Source: Chrysomallon squamiferum
Lineage: Eukaryota > Animalia > Mollusca
Reading direction: 5' to 3'
DNA: 64,000 nt
Assembly: GCA_012295275.1 (NCBI GenBank)
Contig: CM022679.1
Coordinates: 5,704,001 to 5,768,000 of the forward strand
This document shows positions 53,040 through 64,000 of this stretch, piece after piece; the first letter of the stretch is position 1; every line of letters starts with the position of its first letter. The notes beneath the pieces were generated by a model. The model was given only the letters and a program-made list of their open reading frames with translations. It was not told where the DNA came from and searched no databases. The translations under genes and the position numbers were made by a program.

Positions 53040-53312
53040 ACTTTATATCCTTGTTAGTGAATGTTTATTTATTATATCCTTGTTAGTGATTGTTTTATTT
53101 ATTATATCCTTGTTAGTGAATGTTTATTTATTATATCCTTGTAAGTGATTGTTTATTATATCCTTGTTAGTGATTGTTTTATTTATTGTATCCTTGTAAG
53201 TGATTGTTTTATTTATTATATCCTTGTTAGTGATTGTTTTATTTATTATATTCCTTGTTAGTGATTGTTTTATTTATTATATCCTTTGTAAGTGATTGTT
53301 TTATTTATTTTA
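53040..53312. repeat. Minisatellite, ~29-30 bp unit
   Basis: About 9 copies of tatccttgttagtgattgttttatttatta. Confidence 0.93.
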
Positions 53313-53475
53313 GACATCAGTCTTTGCAAATGGTGAAAATAGAAAAATGCTATACAGATGGATGAATGTTGTCATTTTTCTGTTTGTAACATTTAAAATA
53401 TGTGAAGCTTTCCTGACAGACTGAGGCTGTGTTAATTGTGCATTGATTTTATTCAGTTAATTATATACTTTTTTA

Positions 53476-53477
<2 letters not shown>

Positions 53478-53570
<93 letters not shown>

Positions 53571-53578
53571 TGTGTGTG
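53478..53578. repeat. (GT)n microsatellite (one of many: GT/CA, CT, ATT and poly-A/T tracts throughout the window)
   Basis: Directly visible. Other examples: 6197-6238, 14325-14391, 25790-25950, 46567-46640, 47317-47400, 48491-48569, 59419-59483. Confidence 0.95.
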
Positions 53579-56524
53579 ATCGCTCTCGGGTAGGAAATTA
53601 GTACAAACATTAACTTGTAAAATATATTTGGTTTTCCTCTACAATAATGAACAAATGTATATTTATATATGTCAGTGCTTCGTGATGTACCACCAGGTTA
53701 ATTGACCTTTGTGAACAATTATAATAAAAGAAACTGTTAATGCATTAATCTCACTGGGGACACGTTACATGAAAGAGATCTAGCATTTTATCATTAACAG
53801 TTACTTACACCCAGTAGCTGTTAATATAATAAAACTGGAGGTACCAGTGAACCAACTGTTGTTTGAAAGTTATGACTCTGTTTAACATAATTCTGTCACA
53901 CATTCACTGCTGATGAGATTTTACCTCTGCCATTAACTGACAATTCCTGAACTCAGACTGTGGAAGGTTGCACAAAATCACTCATTTTTTAGACAGACAT
54001 TGATTTCTTTTCTTTTTTTACAACAGTAGCTAACTGCTACTAATGAAACATTGATGCAGACATTGGAGCAGAATTTAACTTAGTCAGACAATGAATGCCC
54101 TAGGGTGGGGAATTACTACAAACATTAACTTGTAAAATAATGTTTGTTTTTCCTTTACCAGTAATGAATACATAGGCAATGAAATAAAAGACAAATGAAA
54201 AGGTTATCAGACAGTGGAACAAAATACAGCTTAGTTAGACCAAGAGTTCAGAATCACCATAAGTGATAACTGTGGTGTGCCTCTTTATCCTGTTCCAACC
54301 GTATCCCACATCTACAAAATGAAACAGTCGTAAATGAAATAATAGCTGCTGAAGACATTGAAGGAAATTAATTTTAATCAAGTCGTTCAGCCTTAAACCA
54401 AGTGTGGACAATCAGCAAAGTCAACGGATTTGAGATTTCCTTTTTCCCTGTTCCAACCAGGTCTCAGAACACCTAAAAGAATTGATAAAACATTATAATA
54501 CAATCAGTATCATTCAGGTTTTTGTCCTGTTCCAGCCAGCACTTCTTACATGTAAAATGTAAGTATCAAAGAGTTAAGTTTTTCCTTTACTGAAAATGTT
54601 ATTAATATTTATTTATATGTAAAGCAAATACCATGGTCTTTCATCCATTGTATTCAGTGTTTTGTTAAGACATGTCTGTCTATCTTCTAATTTTTAAATT
54701 ATTATATATATTTCCATGAGTAATAAATGAAGAATAGCATGACAGCTGTTTGCTTGTAATACATTGTGATACCCTAGCCTTTGGTATGTATAACATTGTA
54801 ACAAGTGAACAGTTACATTATACTACTTAGTGATACAGTACCCTGTGCTCTGTTTTGGTGGAATTATTCCTGCATTTTATCAGGACATGTTGGCAATATT
54901 TTACTGGTGGCATTTCAAAAACTAGAAACAAGAATCACTTGAACTTGCAAGAACAAAATTAATTTTCATCCAAACATATATCTGACAAGATTGTCATTTT
55001 TTTCAGTTAAAAAAAAATAAAAATCAATCATCTGTTGAAAAAGATGACTGGACAGATTACTTGTTTCTGTTTTTTTTTTTTTTTTTTTTTTTTTTGAATG
55101 ACAAAATTCACAGACATACATAATGATTTTCTTTCTTTTTTAGCTACATAACTGGGAAGCTTGATTTACTTTTTCTTTCTTTTCTCTTTTTTTTTTTTTT
55201 TTTTGCTTTTGTCTTTTTTAAATTATCAAAATTACTTCCCCATAAGAAGAATTTAAAAAAAGAAAGAATTATAATAGTGCTTATATTTTTTTTCTCTCTC
55301 TCTCTCTCTATCTTGACCTTTTCAGCTAAAATAGCTTCACATAGAAATGACTAGTTAAGCTTTATTCGTCATTACTTCAGACATTATAAAAATGTTGTCT
55401 CTTCTCATCAATACATCAGCTCTAGCTGAACAGAACACTGTGTTCTTTCTTCTAAAACATCAGTCACTGCAACACTTCTTTCATCAATTAGAAATTGTAA
55501 TTGACTTTTTTTGCTCTGTTGACATTCCGTCGAGTTGGTTTCCTGTCATGTCACAACATCTTACAGGTCGACTTCCTTGGGTTGTGGCGATGACTTCCTC
55601 TGTGTCCAATATCGATCTGTCGACAGAGTAATGAGACAGAGCATCTGAGAGCCAGAGGCAGAGATTCTCTGGGATTATCACTTGCCTGTTTGTTCACATA
55701 ACAGGTAGTCACTGCGTGTGGTGTAAGTATTGGTTGTATTGCTTGGCTTTGGATTTCTTGTTGTCGGTGTTGACGTGGTATGCTGGTTGGTAAAACAATG
55801 GGTGTACTGGTGGCTGCTTCCTTATTTCTCGTAACTGGAAGACTTAATTTCCCATTCTAATCATGTTTATTGGTTAAAAACAAGCGACAGGTCTACTGAA
55901 TTCCACTTCCTGGTTTCTGTAATAGGAAGAGTTAAATTTTCGTTGCTTCCATGTGAAAAGTTTAAAGAGCAGTGGGCATGAATTCTGTCAGTGGAAGAAT
56001 TAAATACACATACTAGCTGTGTCTTCAAAGATCAGTGAGATGTTGTTTTCCCATTTCCACATATATATATATATATATAGAATCACACATATACACACTC
56101 ACATACATACACACACACACTCACACACACACATAATTACATACATGAGTTTGAGTGTGTATATTTATAGACAGTTTAAACAAAGTTTGCTTTTAACTAC
56201 TTCTTGAGTTATCTAGTTTGGCAGGTGTTGTCCATTCCTACCAGTTTCTGCTTACAATGCAAAGGTTCATATACAAAATATGATTCACTCATTATAAGAA
56301 ATGAATCAATAACTAGGAGTTACATAAAAGCTATACTGGTCATTTGTATGTTCCATAAAATATACACTTTAAGAAAATGATCCTTAAACATCATTTTACA
56401 AATAGATCACATAACACATTTACAGTACAATCAACAAAAAAAAAAAAAAAAAAAAAAATTATCAAGTTTAAAAAAACTGAATCTTAACAAACAGCAGTGT
56501 TGTATTAGTTGCAGCCATTTTATA

Positions 56525-56557
<33 letters not shown>

Positions 56558-57421
56558 CTAAATTAACAAAAAGCTAAAATATTGATATCAAATATTATTT
56601 TTAATCATTTTCTTCAATTCTTCCCTCACCTGTTGTTGTCTTCAAAGTTGGCGCCAATCACTTCGAGGTATAATCTGTTTTGACATTTTGTTAATACAGA
56701 TTTGTTATTTTTCTATTCTGGGCATGCTCCTTGTGTACATCCTAAAGTCAACCGGTTGGCTGTTTAAGATATTGGATTGGACTTAATGTTGCTGTAGCTG
56801 CATGCCCTGGGTGTCGGCCACTGGGTTTCTGGGTCTTGTCCTGTGTTTTATCTTGATTGTTTTCATCATCAGATCGGCTTCCATTTTCATTGCAGCTGAC
56901 ATTTTGTTATTATCGAAGATTAGGTCTCTGCAGTAACAATCAATGGTTATATTACTTCATCAAGGAGCCTCATAAATCACTCGCAGGCCTCTTTAACGTC
57001 AGCTTATACAGCTTCCCAGGGCTGCGAGATGAAGGTTAGAGCACTGGCTTCGGGCATGGTAAGACAAAGGATCAATCCTTTAAAATGGACGCGCCAGAAT
57101 ATTTTTTTTATTCCAGTCTTTCTGTAAATAGAAATATAATAATAGTACTGGATTTTTAATCCATTCTAGATTTTTGTAAACAGAAATATAATAAAATACT
57201 GGATTTTTGATCCAATGTAGACTTTTTTGAAATAGTGAATGTTATGTATTGTTCACGGGAAGGTGTATATTAAAGATCACTTGCAGCTAATTGATAACAG
57301 TAGCTTACAAAATGCAAGCAGTGGGTTTCTTCTTAGTTATATTATCATTATACAAAATTAGATTTGTTTGATTCATAAAAATCAATAAATTAATTAATTC
57401 TTCGAAATTATATGTGAGTTA

Positions 57422-57452
<31 letters not shown>

Positions 57453-59414
57453 ATGTTCAAATGTCAATTTGTATTATGTAATTAAAAAAAATAATAATAA
57501 TCTAAACTAAATTTACATTTAACTGAGAGGGAAGAAATATATTTATTGTTTTAAATTACAGCTAATGTATCTAATTTCATTCATAAAATGAAACAATAAA
57601 AACTACATACATACACAGTAAAAGCCATATATAAACAACAAAGATTAACATAAAAAAAATATATATATATATATATAATTTCCTTGATAAGTCAACTTAA
57701 ACATTTTTATTTTTTTATTTTCTAATTTTTGATAAAGAATGGCAATGTTTATTGTTAACAACTCTTTTTTAAAGTAATGTTGAATTTTACAGTGTCACTC
57801 TCAGCCTTGGCAGGACATTTTCCTGTATTAAAAAAATTGCTTACTTAAAACCTTTTCAGTGCCGTATTTGGGCATAACACATACTTTTTTCAAAATTATC
57901 TGTATGAAATACAAGTGGTTAACTGTTATGTCTAGATATCTCACAGACATCTTGGATGTCAAGATATCTGGCCAGCAGTGTTGAAATGGTTAATGTATTG
58001 TTTATTTAGGATTTACATTATTAAACAGTTTACATGTCATCAGGATAGGATTTACATGTACTGATGGTCTGTGTGCTATTTTCCCATTACAGCCAGAAGC
58101 TCACAGCAGCTACATAAAAGGCAGCATTATGTACTGTCTTGTCTGTAAAGTCTTATTGTTAAAGGAAAATTGTTTCCAGATGTTTGACATTCAGTTACTA
58201 ATGACAGAAAAGTGATCATGGTGTTCCTTTGGACAGTTTCATCTTCCCATGATTTTTACTGTTGAAGGTTCTGGAATAAAAATTTTTCATGTTCCTTTTG
58301 TAATCAGACTGTGTTTTAAAAAAAATGAGCTGGTATAAAAATTTGGTACAGTACCTAGCATGGGTAATAAATCATTAAATAAATGATTGACATCCAATAG
58401 CTGATGATAAAAAAAATTAATTGAAATTTTCTGATGATGTCATTTGAAAAAAATGAAAAAATGAAAAAAAGAAAAAAAAAGAAAGTCAGCAAAAAGAAAA
58501 CAAGAATTTTTGTTTAAAGAATATTTTAAATGAGATTTTGCGAGTGGGCAATTGGTTTAGTTGGTCTGAAGTTAAGCATAAGCTAGTGTATATGTATGTA
58601 TTTACATGTACATATGTGTTTGTGTATTATATGTGTGTGTGTGTATATATATATATATATAGACACCTTGAATACAGGTTCAGTACACAAGATGATAACT
58701 GTCAGTGTTGATTATACCACTATAACTAACTACATTCCACAATTACACAAGTTGGCAGATTTTACACATCCTGTCTTTCTAAATCACACTGCAAATTTAC
58801 GTAACAAGACTTAATATAAAATTATTTCTGGAATGAGTATATACCTGTTGTGTAAACTCTTGTTTATGTTACTCTCTAACTATATATAACTTATACAGTG
58901 CAATGTAGTTGTAAACCTGTGTGTCCTCTTGTCTGTTACTGCTATTCATTCATACTGAATCAGCTGCTTGTAAACTATGTAATGATAATGAACCTGTTGG
59001 GGAAAAAAGCCGTATTTTATATCCTGAAAAAAATTCGTGAAACATCTCGATCCCTGTCCTTCATTTGTTCCCTTACTCCTTTCATTTCCTACTTCTTTCA
59101 CTGACTATTTTCTTCTTTCCATTTCTGTTTTTATCTCTTCATCCATCTGTTTTCTTCTTTGTTTTCTTCACATCCATTCATTTGTCTTTTTGTTTTTCTT
59201 CATTTCATTCTTGCTCTCCTGTTTCTTCTTTATTTATTGTTTTTTCTTAATTCATTCCACTTCTTTGCCTATTTTATTTATTTCTTCTTCCTTCTTTCAT
59301 TCCATGCAACCTTAATTTGTTTTTAATTTTGAGTCTATCTTCTATACCTTTTCACTTTTCAATAATACTTGTTTTCTTTTCTTTTTCATTCTTGTCTTCT
59401 TTCTCTTCTATTAC

Positions 59415-59486
<72 letters not shown>

Positions 59487-59775
59487 CTTCTGCACACTTC
59501 TTTACTTTTGTCTCTGTGTATCTCTTTGTAGCGTTCTTTCTTTCTTTCCTTCACTTCATCATATTCTCTGCTCCTGATATATTAGGTTAGACTGAAAACT
59601 ACCTGGGAGGCCAAAATGACAGATTGAAGTACTCAGAAATTGACTGTTTTTGTTTTACCATCCTGAAAGAACCTTGTTGAAACTAGACTGCAGTATTCTA
59701 GCATCAGGTCATCGAAACTGAGTCAAAGGTTAAATGAAATTTAACAAAGGAAAACAATTTTGTAATTATTGTTGT

Positions 59776-59824
<49 letters not shown>

Positions 59825-60023
59825 ATATTCTGACATCTTGCTGTTAAGGTTAAGACTAGTTCATCCTGTAGATATACATGATTCACTTAAGTACACATAT
59901 ACACACACAAACACATACACACACACGCATACACATACACACACACAAAGAATCTTCATACACTTAAACAGATCCATACAAAGACAATTATGCATAGCTA
60001 CATAATTACAGAAACAAACATAC

Positions 60024-60054
<31 letters not shown>

Positions 60055-60489
60055 ATACATATAATACATATAAACCATGCATACACATAGATACATGCAC
60101 CCACATAGACACATGCACCCACCATACTCAAGACTATATATGCACCCAGCTGGCAAACAAACACACAGCACAGACACAAACTGTGCATGAAAACAGACGT
60201 GCTATCATAACACATCTTTTCATTTTTATCTTATTTCTTCTGCAGGCAGTACATAAATTAATTGTGCAGTTTATCATCTGTGAATTAATTGTTCCTGGTT
60301 TTAGTCTGCTGCTTAAGTACTAATCAGATCACATATGCTGGCAATATTCTTTGAGTTTTTAACTTTTCTGTAAGTGATGCTGCAATGGTCTGCCATTATT
60401 GTTGCTCTCTGTAAGAAGAAATTGATTGGCTATCTGATTGCCAAAGGCAGCAGCAACAATCAGTTAATTGATTGACTATTAGGTTGTCC

Positions 60490-60912
60490 ATAATCCTGCA
60501 GTTTTATTGTCTGTTAGAAAATCCATATTCCTACAGTTTTGTTGTCTGTAGGAAGTCCAAAGACCTGCATTTTATTGTCTGTTAGGAAATTCATAGTCCT
60601 TCAGTTTTACTGTCAGTTAGAAAATCCATAGTCCTACAATTTTATTGTCTGTAAGAAGTCCGTAGTCCTTCATTTTATTGTCTTTTAGGAAATCCATAGT
60701 CTACAGCTTTATTGTCTGTTAGAAAATCCATAGTCCTACAGTTTTATTGTCTGTTAGAAAATCCATAGTCATACAGTTTTATTGTCTGTTAGAAAATCCA
60801 TAGTCCTACAGTTTTATTGTCTGTTAGAAAATCCATAGTCATACAGTTTTATTGTCTGTTAGAAAATCCATAGTCCTACAGTTTTATTGTCTGTTGGATG
60901 TCCATAGTCCTG
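60490..60912. repeat. Minisatellite, 35 bp unit
   Basis: About 12 copies of agaaaatccatagtcctacagttttattgtctgtt. Confidence 0.93.
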
Positions 60913-61419
60913 CACCTATTTATCCTCAGTTACAGTGCAAGCTGTAGTGTACTGATACTCGCGTGAGGAATGAAGGATCGGTCCTCTCCGATCAATCACC
61001 ATCACTAACAAATGAAGTAATTACTTGCAGTATCAGTTTTCTCAATCACTAAATGAACAATTTCATTTTCCCATGATTTGTTAAATGTTCTGGAATAATT
61101 TTTTAATGTCTTACGTAATCAGAGAGTGTTTTGAACATAATGACCTGGTATAAAAAGAATTGGTGCAGCATGCCACAGTTAACAAACATAAGAACATCAC
61201 AGTGTATTAAATTAACTGTGGTTATTAGATATCGGACAATTTAATAGACGTTTTGAATTCTAACAAAGAAAAACAAAATGTCTTCTACCATGTCTGTCAG
61301 TCATATTACAGTCATAGTAAGTACTGTTTTACATGGATGTTGCCTTACCAGTGTTTGAATGTTAAATAGTGATTAGATGTACACTTAGGAGGATTAAACA
61401 TTTATTAGTAAGTATAAAA

Positions 61420-61845
61420 GACTAAGATATTTAAAAAAAATTATCAGCCGATATAAAAGACAGATATTTTAAACTTACCCATCAAAATAAAAGACTGAGA
61501 TATTTTAAATGTTTATCAGTCAGTATAAAATACTTTTAGATATTTTGAATGTTTATCAGTCAATATAAAAAACTTTTATAGATATTTTAAATGCTTATCA
61601 GTCAATATAAAAAAACTTTTATAGATATTTTAAATATTTATCAGTCAATATAAAAAAACTTTTAGATATTTTAAATATTTATCAGTCAATATAAAAAAAC
61701 CTTTTATAGATATTTTAAATGTTTATCAGTCAACATAAAAAACTTTTAGATATTTTAAATATTTATCAGTCAACATAAAAAACTTTTAGATATTTTAAAT
61801 ATTTATCAGTCAATATAAAAAAACTAGGAGATGCTTTAAACTTAT
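61420..61845. repeat. Minisatellite, ~40-43 bp unit
   Basis: About 9-10 copies of aacttttagatattttaaatatttatcagtcaa(c/t)ataaaa. Confidence 0.92.
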
Positions 61846-64000
61846 CTGTAGATATTACGACAACAAAAATAATTTTCAATTGGTTCCTGAAACTGATACT
61901 AACAACATTTACTCATTTGTTGTAGATGGCGGCTGTGTTACTGTGGTGTGATTTAATTTGCCCGCTGGTTACCTAGACGCAGCATCCTCAGTGTTTGACA
62001 TTTAGATTTTCATTGCTATTCTTACTTGGGCCTCGGTTGTCTAAATTAATCTGCATTAAATAGAAATTAATTTCTCTTGAGTTATTCGATGCCTGCTTCC
62101 TGACAGATTTCAGCTGGTTTGGCAATGTGAGAAAGTGTTTAGTTGGGAAAATGATTAGCTGAAAGTATGTTCTGGGTTTCAAAGCCCACCATTATATTTC
62201 CTTGTCTGGCTTTTAATAATAATTCAGGTCGTTGCCAAGAAAATGTCGTAACAATAATAAAGTAGATGTTAATTTTTAGTAGTAATGATAAAACAGTATT
62301 TTTATTTTTGAAAGTTAAATAATGGCATAATATAATAAGAAAAGAATTAAAATGAATGATATAATGGCATAATATAATATGTGTGTGTTATGAAATAATG
62401 ATAAGGCTTAATGTTAAAAAGTGTTCATTTTTCATTGAATATTAATTTAATTTTACCTGTGTAGACATTTCAGATTCACATCTTCAAACAAGTAGGATGT
62501 TTTGGTAACACAAATGTAAAATTAACAGTGTGTTATATGTGCTGTCAGATTTCATACTGGAACAAACATTTGTTTTATGAATCAAGGCATTAGCTATGAC
62601 ATTGACAGATGACAATATTAAGTGTAAGTTAATAACCGATGTTAACTAGGTTCCAGATAATGATGAAGAATTGCCAGATCAGGCTAACTATTTTTTATTT
62701 TGTTTTTATGTCATCACATTTTAACTCATTATACTATTAGCATGAAGTTTCACAGGTTACAGGATCAGTCCTGTTCAGAGCATTTGTTGAGGTAAAAACT
62801 TTTGAAAACTTCATTTTCAAATAGCTTGGTATTTTCATTCCTGTCTGATAGTCATATATCATAACACAAAAAACAAAATGGATAACATCAGTTAACTGTT
62901 AATATAAAAATGTATTGTTGAATTTACCTTTTATTACTCATTCTGTCACACAGTGCATTAAAAATTGGTCCTACTTACTTGTAAATGTCTTCATAAAGAA
63001 ATGTGAATATTTAAGAAAAATAAAATGTTTTTAATAAAAATTTCTGTAATTTAAACAGACCCTCTTGTCAGTTTCTTTGTAAGGTAATACATCAAAGACA
63101 TTTTTTTATTTAAAAAAAAACAAATTCTTTTTTTTAAATATCAAATTTTCTTTGCCACTTAATTAAATTTTTTTTTTTTTTTTTTTTAAATGTCAGTTGT
63201 CAGTATTAAAAAATATTCACCAGATGCAGATTTGTGAAAAGCGACACAGAATCTAACCATTCTGAAAGATCACTACTGTACTGTCACCATCATCCTAGCA
63301 TACATCGTGGTTTACTACTGCACCAATATGGAAATTTAACTCAGAAGCCACAGATTGAGAGATTTTAATTTCCCTCTTATTGAGTCATTGCTGTGAAAAA
63401 TTTAATTGGATAACATGCTCAGTTTGATATTTAATCCTTAGTTTTATTGAGATAACCAATCCTTTGAGATACTTTTTTGGTTCAGATTTCATTTCAGTAT
63501 ATTGCAAGAGATAGCAGTGAGTTTTTCTAAATCGTTGATGGTTGTGAGTTAAAATCTCCATTTAGAGGATACCGTAAAGTTCTCTAATGTGACATCATTT
63601 TGTGTTTGTGTTTGTTTTGCTTAAAGGTTTGAAACAGGTATAGTTAATTCAAAAATATATATATATAAAATAATGTATAAAATAAATAAATAAATAAATA
63701 AAAATCAATCAAAAAATAAATACTAATAAAAATTAATTAAAATAAACAAACAAATAAATAAAAATCAATCAAGAAATAAAAAATAAAAATTAAATAATTT
63801 AAGTGAAAATAATAATAAACAAACAAATAAATAAACAAATAAATAAATAATTAAATACAAAAATAAATGTGAGATATCACATACTGACATTAATGACATC
63901 ATTAGGTCAAGTTTTTATTCCTGGTTTTTAAACCTTCAAAGATAATAATGAGATGTCATGAAAAATTAAACAATCAGTCTAAGTGCAATTGCAAAAAAAA

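Noticed and set aside
61924-61933. YY1-like AGATGGCGGC as a promoter
   Set aside because: A single short motif with no supporting exon or ORF on the + strand.

Overview
AT-rich, microsatellite-laden animal genomic DNA. It is probably molluscan, judging from intron style and old SINE-like relics (inference). Three protein genes can be assembled by hand: the 5' part of a TRPM-family channel (- strand, runs off the left edge), a complete 26-exon-position lysosomal alpha-mannosidase (GH38, MAN2B1-like, + strand) placed head-to-head with it, and an inward-rectifier K+ channel with a single coding exon (- strand). The mannosidase has two tandem, equal-length (204 nt) versions of one exon near the active site (candidate mutually exclusive exons) and an apparent +1 frameshift in exon 8. 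The most unusual part is ~30.2-46.1 kb, which looks intergenic but reads as a field of extremely degenerate histone-derived sequences (H2B-, H4-, H2A-, H3- and possibly H1-like). Three units keep intact histone 3' stem-loops with downstream purine-rich elements and H4-box/TATA promoters although their coding bodies have decayed. H2A- and H3-derived fragments have been amplified into ~95/65-bp and 170-bp tandem arrays, including two long hairpins whose arms co-vary. All histone assignments are by-eye alignments and need computational confirmation. 48-64 kb holds no recognisable coding sequence, only minisatellites and possible non-coding exons.
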